Source: an uncultured archaeon | Lineage (GTDB): Archaea > Nanobdellota > Nanobdellia > Pacearchaeales > GW2011-AR1 | Length of the DNA stretch: 64,000 bases | Direction of reading: 5' to 3' | Assembly: GCA_902386025.1 (NCBI GenBank) | Contig: CABMHR010000001.1 | Span: forward strand, 35,741-99,740 | Shown here: positions 1-8,783 of the stretch, piece by piece | How the letters are laid out: every line of letters starts with the position of its first letter | Numbering within the stretch: the stretch's first letter is position 1 | Made by a program: the position numbers and the translations under genes | The notes under the pieces: model-generated | What the model saw: only the letters and a program-made list of their open reading frames with translations | Told to the model about the DNA's origin: nothing | The model's database searches: none

Positions 1-1
1 C

Positions 2-298
2 AAAGATTCAAAGGAAGTTTCCTTGCTTGCAAAAGATATTTCAAAAAAGATAAAAAAGAAATTCAAGCCAAAAGAAGTTATTAGTTCTGCTTCAAGATTA
101 TTCGGGCACGAAGCAATAAATCTTCTCCCTGTTTATTCAGAAGAGAATTTTAATTCAGAAAGAAAATCAGCATCAATGGAAGAATTAGAAAAGATTAAAA
201 CAGAATTGGAAAACAATATAAAACTTAAAGCAGAAAAGCCAAAAAGCACAGTAGAAAAAGCAAAAGAAATTCTCTGGCTACCAAAGAGGATTCCATAA
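2..298 (+). CDS. hypothetical Lys/Glu-rich protein, 5'-partial
   Basis: The reading frame stays open to the window edge. No recognisable motif. The 3' end overlaps the tail of the convergent peptidase gene. Confidence 0.3.
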   Translation, partial: KDSKEVSLLAKDISKKIKKKFKPKEVISSASRLFGHEAINLLPVYSEENFNSERKSASMEELEKIKTELENNIKLKAEKPKSTVEKAKEILWLPKRIP

Positions 299-1123
299 AT
301 TCAAATTGAAGATTTTGAAAGAAGCAAAAATAATAAAGCTCACAAGGAAGTTGGGGGAAAAGGGAATTCCCTGCCTTATCTTGACTTGCTTGTATTTTTT
401 TCTTATTGATTTTATTTCTTCATTAGTAAGCCCGTTCCAGTTTGATTTTATAATCTTATTTCCAACTTTTAGGTTTGTGTAAAGCCAGTCTCCTTCTCTA
501 AGATGTATTGCCTGTATTTTTCTTACCATACAGACTTCATCAATCGCTCTTGAATACATATACAAATAAGAAATAAAAATAATTGACAAGCCAATAATTG
601 AAAAGATTATTTCAAAAAATCCAAGAAGAATAAGAACTGCTCCAAGCAGAGTAAGAGAAATCATAAGTTTTTTCTTTTTCTCTAATTGTCTGGCAAATTC
701 TTTTTTGAATGCCTTGAAATGCCTAATGCAAAGAACAGTGCTTGTTGCAAATATATATGCAAATCCAGAAAATAGGAAAATCAGAAGGAAAGTCAGCAGA
801 GACTGGATGTTCAAAATAAAAAATGAAGAAGTTGGAAGTATTGCTCCAAAAGAAATCATAAGCTTCGCATCTCCGCCGGCAAAAACTCTGCTGTAATAAA
901 ATAAATTCCCCAATAGGAAAAATACCCCAAGCCCGATTAACCCCTGATAAAAGAAAGAAAATCCGTCATTGTTAAAAAGAGAATAAAAAAACCTGAATTC
1001 AAGTGCAAATATTACTAAAGAGAAATTAAGCCAGTTTGCGATTTCTCTTGTCTTCAAATCCTGAATTACAGCAAAAATAATCCACGCCAAAGCAAGAGCC
1101 CATAGGAATATCACCTCATACAT
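278..1123 (-). CDS. type IV prepilin/preflagellin peptidase (peptidase A24, GxGD aspartyl protease)
   Basis: Polytopic membrane ORF with both A24 Asp motifs: VIQDLKTREIANW near the N-terminus and AGGDAKLM. It has an extra soluble C-terminal tail and sits next to nine prepilin-like genes. Confidence 0.8.
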   Translation of the reverse strand: MYEVIFLWALALAWIIFAVIQDLKTREIANWLNFSLVIFALEFRFFYSLFNNDGFSFFYQGLIGLGVFFLLGNLFYYSRVFAGGDAKLMISFGAILPTSSFFILNIQSLLTFLLIFLFSGFAYIFATSTVLCIRHFKAFKKEFARQLEKKKKLMISLTLLGAVLILLGFFEIIFSIIGLSIIFISYLYMYSRAIDEVCMVRKIQAIHLREGDWLYTNLKVGNKIIKSNWNGLTNEEIKSIRKKYKQVKIRQGIPFSPNFLVSFIIFASFKIFNLNLWNPLW

Positions 1124-1268
1124 AATAAGAAAAATATTTTATTGTTAATAAAGGTTTAGAAATCAGGAAAGAAAGTTAAGTTAATGTAAAATCCAATCAT
1201 CGTTAAAGTCGTGTATCTGTAAAAAAGAGATGATAATTCAATCCGTTAAAAAATGTGATAACAAAATA

Positions 1269-1388
1269 TTATTTTGCCCTTATTTCCAAGCTTCTCTGAA
1301 TTCCGCCTTTCTTGTAAGGATGCTTTTTCTTGTTTCTTCTTTTGTCTTTCCCCTTGTTTCTTCTTTCAGAAAAACCATAATCACTCAT
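1269..1388 (-). CDS. possible 39-aa highly basic micro-protein
   Basis: Hand-translated ORF below the track cutoff: MSDYGFSERRNKGKDKRRNKKKHPYKKGGIQRSLEIRAK. No family recognised. Confidence 0.2.
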   Translation of the reverse strand: MSDYGFSERRNKGKDKRRNKKKHPYKKGGIQRSLEIRAK

Positions 1389-1435
1389 TATGTTTATTAG
1401 TTAATAAGACATTTAAATTTTGCTAAAATTAAAAA

Positions 1436-1951
1436 TTATTTGCTGACGAAACACTTTCCGTCAGTTCCTGAAACGTCAGTTGTCAATAAATGAACATCAT
1501 ATCCTGCAGTTGCTGTTAATGAACCTGCCTTGCTGTTAATCTTTATGTCAGCGCATTTCAATTCACAAGTAATTGAAGGGCAGGTTGCAATGCTGTATTT
1601 AGCAAAGTCAGAAACTCCTGCAAGAACAGCACAGCTTGTCTTTACAACAAGATTATCTTCATTAACTCTTAATGTTCTTTCAGCAGAGCAAAAGCTGAAT
1701 TTTTGATTTAATCCGCAGGCAGAGTTGCAGTCATCTTTTAGAGAGTCAACATTTGTTGGGCTAAGAAGATTCTTGAAAGCGCTCCATCCAGTAGCAAAGC
1801 CAAATATTAATACGATTAATATAACTAATCCAAGTATAAGCAGAATAATTGTGCTTGTAGGCAGTCCTTGCCCCCTACTATTTTTTGCAGAAAAATTGTA
1901 TTGCGAAAAATTCCTGTTTTCAGCTCTTTTATTTTCTCTTTTGTTAAGCAT
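1436..1951 (-). CDS. prepilin-like secreted protein, Cys-rich
   Basis: Class III-type signal: basic N-terminus, SRG|QGLPTSTIILLILGLVILIV hydrophobic helix. About 10 Cys in the mature part. Last gene of the pilin operon. Confidence 0.6.
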   Translation of the reverse strand: MLNKRENKRAENRNFSQYNFSAKNSRGQGLPTSTIILLILGLVILIVLIFGFATGWSAFKNLLSPTNVDSLKDDCNSACGLNQKFSFCSAERTLRVNEDNLVVKTSCAVLAGVSDFAKYSIATCPSITCELKCADIKINSKAGSLTATAGYDVHLLTTDVSGTDGKCFVSK

Positions 1952-1988
1952 ATCTAAATAAGAATTGTTTTGTTTAAAAATGTTTTTA

Positions 1989-2792
1989 TTACGATGCTGT
2001 ATATTGAACAGAAAAAGAAGTTATTTCTTTAGCCCACCACAAAATTCCTTCTACTTCTTTTTTCTCAAGGTAAAATCCTGTTTTTTTCAAGGCAGTATAT
2101 CTATCCCAAGTTTCTTCCACATAATTGTCATTCCCTCCGCAGCTCCATCCGTTATACGCCCTTAATGCTGCTTCCCATTCAGTATATTTTGCATTTTTCC
2201 CAGAACATTGGAAATCTTTTCCTTCTTTGTAGTTATCATAATCTTCTTTTAAAAGCTGAGCTCCAAAATTAATATTAGTTTTAATATCCAATAAATTATT
2301 TTTGCATTGTTCTATTTCAGTTGGAGAGCCACTGCAATGTGCATCAATATTTATCTGCATTAATCCTATTGATTTTCCATTATCCCCTATTTTGTCATTC
2401 CTGCATCCAGATTCCTGCATTATAACTGAAAGCAAAAGAACAGGGTCAATTCCTTTGGAAGAAGCAGAATTAATAATGCCTGCTAAAAGAGAGTCGCAAT
2501 AATCGCCGCAGCTGCAGATTCTGTCTTTTATTGTATGTGTTTTGGCGTATTCAAATATTTTATTAATATCTTCTTTAGGAGTTCCTCCTCCCAAATTGTT
2601 AAAATGATTCTGTTCTATATTTGCATTAAGCTGTTCAATCAATTCAATTCCTGCAAAATGATTCTTTATTGTTATTGTAGAGGAAAAAAAGGTGAATATT
2701 GCAATGCAGCATACCAGAACAACTCCGATTACTAAAAGCGTTATCGGCAAATCTCCTCTTTTGTTATTTATTATTTTGCGCATCATTTTCAT
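1989..2792 (-). CDS. lytic transglycosylase (SLT/family-1) domain protein with prepilin-like N-terminus
   Basis: N-terminus NNKRG|DLPITLLVIGVVLV. C-terminal domain has SLT motifs SVIMQESG (catalytic Glu), GLMQIN and ALRAYNGW. It overlaps the upstream pilin gene by 29 nt. Confidence 0.8.
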   Translation of the reverse strand: MKMMRKIINNKRGDLPITLLVIGVVLVCCIAIFTFFSSTITIKNHFAGIELIEQLNANIEQNHFNNLGGGTPKEDINKIFEYAKTHTIKDRICSCGDYCDSLLAGIINSASSKGIDPVLLLSVIMQESGCRNDKIGDNGKSIGLMQINIDAHCSGSPTEIEQCKNNLLDIKTNINFGAQLLKEDYDNYKEGKDFQCSGKNAKYTEWEAALRAYNGWSCGGNDNYVEETWDRYTALKKTGFYLEKKEVEGILWWAKEITSFSVQYTAS

Positions 2793-3078
2793 TTATTATT
2801 TTGTTTATTTTCACTCTTTCATCATTGCTGTTGCCTGCAAGTTCATTGGCAAGAAAAGTTTTTTCAGCAAGCACCTTTGATTCCTGCGATAAATCTGTCT
2901 GCACCCCCTCCAAGCTTATTACTTTTGTTTTTGACATCAGGACAGTAATAACAATTGAAAGAATAAGAATCCCCACTATGATTAAAGTTGCAATTATCCA
3001 TGCAACAGTTTCTCCTGTTTGTCCATACTTGTCAGAAATTAATTTACATCTTGACATTTTTTTCTGATTTTGCCACAA
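2764..3078 (-). CDS. small prepilin-like protein
   Basis: KYG|QTGETVAWIIATLIIVGILILSIV signal-anchor. The start may be the internal Met at 3057. It overlaps both neighbouring genes. Confidence 0.5.
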   Translation of the reverse strand: MWQNQKKMSRCKLISDKYGQTGETVAWIIATLIIVGILILSIVITVLMSKTKVISLEGVQTDLSQESKVLAEKTFLANELAGNSNDERVKINKIINENDAQNNK

Positions 3079-3580
3079 CTCCTAAAATTTTTATTAGATA
3101 TTGATTCCCAAGAGCATCAAGAGAGTAAAAACTTCTTTCAACGCACTGGGCTAAATTTGAAATTTTTTTTTCTGCTTGAACAGAGCATCCTGGAAGCCAG
3201 TTGTTATTTCCATCCTTCAAAGTTGAAATAGGATTGCTTAAATCGCTGATTTTGTAGAATTTAACTTCCATATAATATTGTTCATTATTTTTCCAAGCTT
3301 CCAAATCTCCAGAATTAAGGGTTAAATGGCATTTTGAGAGATAATTTTCTGAAGGATTAAGAGTTCCTCCTGAAAATAAATCAGAGTTTATCTGTCCGTC
3401 ATAAGAAACGCAGTCTGCGAGATTATTGATTAATAATCTTGCTTCAACTTGTCTTGTATCATAAGGAGTGCTGTAAAAAACATAAACCATTCCGAATATT
3501 CCCCCTGCTACAATTATTATTATTGCAAACCAGTATACAGAAAGAATCTTGTCTCCTCTTTTGTTTTTTGTTATTTTCAT
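3044..3580 (-). CDS. prepilin-like protein
   Basis: MKITKNKRG|DKILSVYWFAIIIIVAGGIFGMV, a class III-like signal followed by a soluble domain with Cys pairs. Confidence 0.55.
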   Translation of the reverse strand: MKITKNKRGDKILSVYWFAIIIIVAGGIFGMVYVFYSTPYDTRQVEARLLINNLADCVSYDGQINSDLFSGGTLNPSENYLSKCHLTLNSGDLEAWKNNEQYYMEVKFYKISDLSNPISTLKDGNNNWLPGCSVQAEKKISNLAQCVERSFYSLDALGNQYLIKILGVVAKSEKNVKM

Positions 3581-3581
3581 A

Positions 3582-3998
3582 TTAATTGTATTTGTTTATT
3601 TTGATTATGTAATTATCTTTTGTGTCTTCTGCCTGAACATCAGGATAAGCAGAAGCATCTACATTATTGAAAAAAGAATATGAATAGCTGCTTTTGTCGC
3701 TTAATTTTACCGTCACAACATTCCCATTTATTTTTATTATATTCTCCTTGCTTATTCCGTTTCCTGCAGCAATGGCTATTGCATCTGCCATATTTAGTTT
3801 CATCAGCATTCCCGGCTTTCCTGCATCAATAAGAAGAACTGCATTTTTTGCATATGCCTGTTCCATCATAACTGCTCCGCTTCCCTGCTTGTATAAAAAC
3901 AAAACCAAAATTGCAAGAAAAATTAAATCAAGAACAATAAAAACAATATTATCAATTAAAATTACTCCGTTCTTATCTCTTACAGCCCTCTTTTTCAT
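3582..3998 (-). CDS. prepilin-like protein
   Basis: Basic N-terminus then KNG|VILIDNIVFIVLDLIFLAILVLFL. Its stop is 1 nt from the next gene's start. Confidence 0.5.
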   Translation of the reverse strand: MKKRAVRDKNGVILIDNIVFIVLDLIFLAILVLFLYKQGSGAVMMEQAYAKNAVLLIDAGKPGMLMKLNMADAIAIAAGNGISKENIIKINGNVVTVKLSDKSSYSYSFFNNVDASAYPDVQAEDTKDNYIIKINKYN

Positions 3999-4048
3999 TA
4001 TAAAAATAAAATCCCCAAATTAATAAACCTTATCCAACGCACAGGAAA

Positions 4049-5008
4049 TTATGCTAAAGATTTTATCTGTTCGCATTTTAAATCATTAAGAAGAGTTGGT
4101 GTTGCTTCAACTATTGTTGGAGACAAATAATCGTGTCCAGATGCTCCCTTGACTGTTGTTCCAACAAAATATCCTGCTGTTCCTCCAACACCAATTCCCC
4201 CTAAAATTGCAACTGTTGCAGGGATAGATGCTCCCCCAGTTATAGCTGCTAATGCAATCCCTGTTCCTACTGCTACTCCCCCCGCAATCCAAGTCAAAAC
4301 TCCAACTTCATTAAACATCCCAGTCATAACATAATAATCTTTATTCAGATAGATTTTCCCAAAATTTTTGGAATTGCTTGCTAAAGCTTCTGTAATTGCT
4401 CCTGAACTTTTTACTCCAATCATATAATCCAGATAACTTGTGTCTTTTCCTGGAAGTTTTGTTGCTGAAAGATAATTATAAAACTGATTTTCATCTATTT
4501 CTCCATTTTTGAATTCTTCAATATTCTGAACACTTTTGTCAAAAGAAACCTGCGAGCATATTGAACAATAAAGATGAGCTCCAAAATCTTCTCCAAGATA
4601 ATTTAATTTTCCTTCTCCAAACATCCACCAGCAGTCAGCCATCTGTTCTGCCAAAAATTGATAAACATCTGTTGCAGTTTTCACTTTCTGAATCTGGGCA
4701 TTAGGCATAGTTTTGCAAGTCCCGTCTTTTGTCAAGCATGCATACTGCGTCTTGCAGTTTAAGGGAATTGATTCTTTTGGAACCACTCCAGAACCTCGTG
4801 TAACAACAGAATTATGGCAATTCTGCTGTTCTGTTGTTTTTCCAAGATTTAATCTGAACAGAAAAAATAATATAACTGCAAAACTTACAATTAAAATTAT
4901 TATCAGCACTATCTGTTCTGTTGTTATATCCCCTCTGTGATTCTTTGCAGGAAAAATGCACTTCTTTTTTTTATTGGTTATTTTTCTCATAAAATTATAC
5001 CACTCCAA
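4049..5008 (-). CDS. prepilin-like protein with C-terminal glycine-zipper hydrophobic domain
   Basis: NHRG|DITTEQIVLIIILIVSFAVILFF signal; the likely true start is MRKITNKKKK at 4990. C-terminal segment: GVLTWIAGGVAVGTGIALAAITGGASIPATVAILGGIGVGGTAGYFVG. Confidence 0.55.
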   Translation of the reverse strand: MEWYNFMRKITNKKKKCIFPAKNHRGDITTEQIVLIIILIVSFAVILFFLFRLNLGKTTEQQNCHNSVVTRGSGVVPKESIPLNCKTQYACLTKDGTCKTMPNAQIQKVKTATDVYQFLAEQMADCWWMFGEGKLNYLGEDFGAHLYCSICSQVSFDKSVQNIEEFKNGEIDENQFYNYLSATKLPGKDTSYLDYMIGVKSSGAITEALASNSKNFGKIYLNKDYYVMTGMFNEVGVLTWIAGGVAVGTGIALAAITGGASIPATVAILGGIGVGGTAGYFVGTTVKGASGHDYLSPTIVEATPTLLNDLKCEQIKSLA

Positions 5009-5092
5009 TTTGCTTAAGCAGGAAATACAATCCTGCAGATGCCATTATAAAAAAAGCAATCCAAATTATATATTTTATCAATTCATCAAGAT

Positions 5093-5599
5093 TCATTTTT
5101 TTTCAGCAGGGCTTATTTCAATTCCCCCGTTTACATTTTTTATTAAAATAGAAATTCCTGTTGTTCCAATCTGGATTGTTTCAAAATGCTTGATTGTGTT
5201 TAAAGAATAGCACGAGCCCTTGTCATCGCACTGGTCTATCTGCGCATTTTTGTTGAAAAAATTGGAAATGTCGCTTGTCTTCATGCAAATGCAGACGCAG
5301 TTTGTTTTTAAGCACGAACTTGGTTTTTTGTCTCCCTCTGTAAAGCTAAAAAGATGCCAGAGCTGAGGGTTTGGAATTGTTATTTCTTTTGAACTTAATT
5401 CTACTTCTCCAGAATTAACTTGATTTATTGCAGGCTTGACTAAATTTTCCATGCTTGCTGCTGCCTGTTTCACTCCTTCTTCTCCTGAAAGGGAAAAATA
5501 TATTGAAACAAGAAGAAGAACAAGAAAGCCTATGCAGATTACAGCAACAACAATTTTTATTGTTTCCTCGCCTAATAAAAATCCTTTTTTATTTTTCAT
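5093..5599 (-). CDS. prepilin-like protein
   Basis: MKNKKG|FLLGEETIKIVVAVICIGFLVLLLV. Cys-rich mature domain. The start overlaps the upstream micro-ORF stop (ATGA). Confidence 0.55.
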   Translation of the reverse strand: MKNKKGFLLGEETIKIVVAVICIGFLVLLLVSIYFSLSGEEGVKQAAASMENLVKPAINQVNSGEVELSSKEITIPNPQLWHLFSFTEGDKKPSSCLKTNCVCICMKTSDISNFFNKNAQIDQCDDKGSCYSLNTIKHFETIQIGTTGISILIKNVNGGIEISPAEKK

Positions 5600-5763
5600 T
5601 TTCCCAAAGCCATGAAGATTTTGTTGGGATTTGCTGGAGAAAGCCCGTTAAAAAATTCTATAATCTGAGTTTTGAAGAAAAAATAAAGTCCTGCTACAAC
5701 TGCAACAACCACAAGAATGCCCAAAATTATTTTTATAAGCTGTTCTGTTGTTAATTCCGACAT
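5596..5763 (-). CDS. 55-aa pilin-like micro-protein (not in ORF track)
   Basis: Hand translation: MSELTTEQLIKIILGILVVVAVVAGLYFFFKTQIIEFFNGLSPANPNKIFMALGK. The TTEQ+hydrophobic helix matches the mature N-terminus of ORF 4049..5008. Its stop overlaps the next start. Confidence 0.4.
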   Translation of the reverse strand: MSELTTEQLIKIILGILVVVAVVAGLYFFFKTQIIEFFNGLSPANPNKIFMALGK

Positions 5764-5764
5764 C

Positions 5765-5923
5765 TTATCTCCCTTTGAAAATATTTTTAATTTGGTCTAT
5801 CAAGTCAAATCCTTTTCCCTTCATTACAAAAATGCTTATCATAACTATTGCAAGCAGGGCAAGCCCGATTAACAGCCAAGGAAGATATTCTGTAATCACT
5901 CCTTCTTTTTCTTTTCTCTTCAT
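5765..5923 (-). CDS. 52-aa pilin-like micro-protein (not in ORF track)
   Basis: Hand translation: MKRKEKEG|VITEYLPWLLIGLALLAIVMISIFVMKGKGFDLIDQIKNIFKGR. First gene of the operon, 1 nt from the next start. Confidence 0.4.
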   Translation of the reverse strand: MKRKEKEGVITEYLPWLLIGLALLAIVMISIFVMKGKGFDLIDQIKNIFKGR

Positions 5924-6021
5924 AAAATAAAAATGAGAAAAGAATTAATAAACTTTCCTAAAAATATTTTTTCCCTTTCAGAGATAGAAAGTTATTTAAA
6001 TAATATTAAATAACTTTATTT

Positions 6022-6243
6022 ATGGTATTAAAAACATTTAACATTGACAAACAGGCATATGATTTATTTTCAAAATTTTGCAGGGAAAATGGAATAAGCA
6101 TGAGCAAGCAGATAGAGATTTTCATAAAATGTCAGATTGAAGAAGAGCCAAAAATAAGAAAAGAATACTTGGATAGATTAGACAAGATAAGAAAAGGAAA
6201 TTTTGTAAAAGTAGCAGATTTTAAAAAAAGATATTTAAGTTAA
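6022..6243 (+). CDS. RHH/CopG-like antitoxin
   Basis: 73 aa. The N-terminal beta-strand/helix pattern KTFNIDKQAYDLFSKFCRENGISMSKQIEIFI is typical of ribbon-helix-helix antitoxins. It lies 17 nt upstream of a RelE-like gene. Confidence 0.55.
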   Translation: MVLKTFNIDKQAYDLFSKFCRENGISMSKQIEIFIKCQIEEEPKIRKEYLDRLDKIRKGNFVKVADFKKRYLS

Positions 6244-6260
6244 TTAATTCTTATGAATAA

Positions 6261-6524
6261 ATGTATGGGCTGGAGGTTTCTGATTTAGCAGACAGGAAAT
6301 TCTACAAGATTGCAAGGAAGAATAAAATTCTTTTTGAAGCAATAAGCAAAAAGATTGAAGAGATTAAAACAAATCCTGAACATTTTAAGCCGTTAAGAAG
6401 AGGGATGAAAGGGCAGAGAAGAATTCACTTTGGACATTTTGTATTAACTTTTGAGATTATTTATGAAAGAAATGTAGTAAGAATTCTTGATTTTGATAAT
6501 CATGATAAAATCTATGAAAAATAA
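6261..6524 (+). CDS. RelE/ParE-family type II toxin
   Basis: 87 aa with the pattern KKIEEIKTNPEHFKPLRRGMKGQRRIHFGHFVLTFEI...VVRILDFDNHDKIY, characteristic of RelE/StbE toxins. Confidence 0.7.
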   Translation: MYGLEVSDLADRKFYKIARKNKILFEAISKKIEEIKTNPEHFKPLRRGMKGQRRIHFGHFVLTFEIIYERNVVRILDFDNHDKIYEK

Positions 6525-6533
6525 AGGATTTAA

Positions 6534-8711
6534 TCACGTTAAATTGCCTAATACAATTGAAGTCAAAAGAGACAATGAAGTAATTGCTATGACTGCAGTT
6601 ATGACATAAAGCCCTATTGCTTTCTTCAGGTTAATTCCTGTCTTGTTTGTCTGCTCAAGCTTGTCTTCTCCAGAATCAATGACAGTCAAAGTTCCTGTTA
6701 GTATAAATACGATTTCAATTAAATATATTCCCACAATTATCTGAAGAATATAAGGAGGAATCATTTTTGTCATATCAAATATGGAAAGGATAGTGTTCAG
6801 ATTTCCAAATCCTGAAATAGCAGTGGAATCTCCGCTTAACTTGGCAATATCAAGTTTTGTTAATATGCTTGTTATCATCGCTGCTAATCCAATAACAATT
6901 CCAGAAAGAAGAGGGGCAAGGAAAGTCATATTGCTCTTCATATCAGAAATTATTTCTGCAAGCAAATCTCTCAATCTTTCTGTAATCTTGTTCATATTTT
7001 TCACATATTCTGACAGGCTTATCAAACTCAAGGCAGCAATGTTCAATCCTTTTTTCGCAGATTCAACAAGAATTTTCATGCTTGTTGCAATCAAGCTTGA
7101 AGGATAATAAACCAATACTCCTCTTTTCTTGTCAAATATTGCACTTTCAACACTCATCCCCATCTGCATAATATTATAGCTTACTCTTCTGAAAAAATCC
7201 TCTGTCTTAAGCCCTTTAGTTGATTCTGCAACTTTGCTGAATGCAAGTTCAGGAGGAACACCGTCTCCAATTCTGTTTCCAAGCTGGAACAAAGAATTGT
7301 TAAACTCAACTTCAAGCTGTTTTGTTTTTTCCCTTTCTTTGATTAATTTTTCTGTTTTTCTCTTGAATGCAATTGAAAAGAACAAAGCTGTTCCTAAAGT
7401 AAAAGAAACGCCCATTAATATTGCTCCTATCCCAAATGGCCCGACTGTCCTGTCTCCTATTGCCCTAAAATCAAAGATGGAATTGTCTCCAAGAAATCCC
7501 AACCCTATTTCAGAAAATGTATAATCTGATTTTAATCCCAAAAATCCAGGTATTGGGGTATATTGAAAAATAAGAGGAAGCAAGCCTATTATAAAAAAAG
7601 GAAGGCAGATTAAGAATGCCTTTGCATAAGGTTTCCTGCTTTTGTAAACAGGATATAGCGGATTTCTTTCTAAAAGTTCTGTTTCTCCATACCCCCCAGG
7701 ACGCAGGAACATAACCTTGTCAGTCAAATAAAAAACAAAAAATGGAATTATAATATTAAATAAAATTAAGACATGATACCATTTGATTATATCTCCAACC
7801 ATTGCAGAAGCAAGAGGAAGAAGAGCCAGCCCCAAAGTTGGAAGAACAACCCCAAGCATATAAACATTTGTCAGCGGACTTCTGACTTCGTGCGTAAATT
7901 TCAGCATCTTTTCATAAACGCCGTCAAGAACAACCTGAAGGGCTTTTTCAAGTGTGGAAATTCTTTTTGCATCTTCCGGCTCAAACAAGCTACTTTCAAT
8001 TAAATGAAAAGCTTCAATAAATTCTATTGAATAATCTTTCCAAGTATTGAGATAGTTATCCAAACTTTCTTTTATTGTTGAAAATTTTCCAACCTGGACA
8101 TTATAAAAAATCTTTTTGAAATCCAGAGCAAGAGGATATTGCAGATGTTCCGAAGCAAATGCAATCGCTTTTTCCAAATTTGGAGTGTGCCTCATATAAA
8201 CAACAATGTACAAAATAGCAGGCATCATTTGGGATGATGCTTTTAATCTCCATTTGTTCGCCAGTCTTGCAGGATATCCGTTGATAAAATAAAAGAGAAA
8301 CATTCCTGCAAACATAACAAGAATAAAAAAGAAAAATGGGAAATTTTCAAATCCTCCCTTGAATAAGGCAATTGCAACAGAAATTAACAGTCCTGCAATA
8401 AAGACTCCCATAAAAGAAACAACTCCAAGAGTAATTGGCTGCCACGGCTCCAAATCAAGATGGGCAATTTCTAAAGACTTTCTTATTTTGTCTTCGTCTT
8501 TTTGTGCAACTTTTAATTTAACAACACTCCCAAGACTTCTGCACAATCTTTCAAATCTTGTAAGTTCAGGAGCCATTTCCTGCTTGAATGTAGTGTATGT
8601 CTGGCTGTAATTTGTTTTTTCAGAAACAGAATCAGATTTTATCGTATCTTCAATCTTTGCTGCGTGTTTTTTAAGAATTTCTTCTATGGTTGGCTTTCGA
8701 GTTGGTTCCAT
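6534..8711 (-). CDS. FlaJ/TadC/PilC-like type IV filament platform membrane protein
   Basis: 725-aa polytopic membrane protein with cytoplasmic helical domains. It lies between the pilin genes and the secretion ATPase. The call rests on architecture and context. Confidence 0.6.
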   Translation of the reverse strand: MEPTRKPTIEEILKKHAAKIEDTIKSDSVSEKTNYSQTYTTFKQEMAPELTRFERLCRSLGSVVKLKVAQKDEDKIRKSLEIAHLDLEPWQPITLGVVSFMGVFIAGLLISVAIALFKGGFENFPFFFFILVMFAGMFLFYFINGYPARLANKWRLKASSQMMPAILYIVVYMRHTPNLEKAIAFASEHLQYPLALDFKKIFYNVQVGKFSTIKESLDNYLNTWKDYSIEFIEAFHLIESSLFEPEDAKRISTLEKALQVVLDGVYEKMLKFTHEVRSPLTNVYMLGVVLPTLGLALLPLASAMVGDIIKWYHVLILFNIIIPFFVFYLTDKVMFLRPGGYGETELLERNPLYPVYKSRKPYAKAFLICLPFFIIGLLPLIFQYTPIPGFLGLKSDYTFSEIGLGFLGDNSIFDFRAIGDRTVGPFGIGAILMGVSFTLGTALFFSIAFKRKTEKLIKEREKTKQLEVEFNNSLFQLGNRIGDGVPPELAFSKVAESTKGLKTEDFFRRVSYNIMQMGMSVESAIFDKKRGVLVYYPSSLIATSMKILVESAKKGLNIAALSLISLSEYVKNMNKITERLRDLLAEIISDMKSNMTFLAPLLSGIVIGLAAMITSILTKLDIAKLSGDSTAISGFGNLNTILSIFDMTKMIPPYILQIIVGIYLIEIVFILTGTLTVIDSGEDKLEQTNKTGINLKKAIGLYVITAVIAITSLSLLTSIVLGNLT

Positions 8712-8783
8712 CTTCTCTTTTTTAAGTAAAAAATAAAAGAGAATTTAACTTATAAATATTTGCGATTTTCGTCGGACAAAAAA

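Noticed and set aside
4107-4334. Short ORFs on both strands within the glycine-zipper region
   Set aside because: They are products of the GGN/GCN-rich repetitive coding of the real minus-strand gene 4049..5008.
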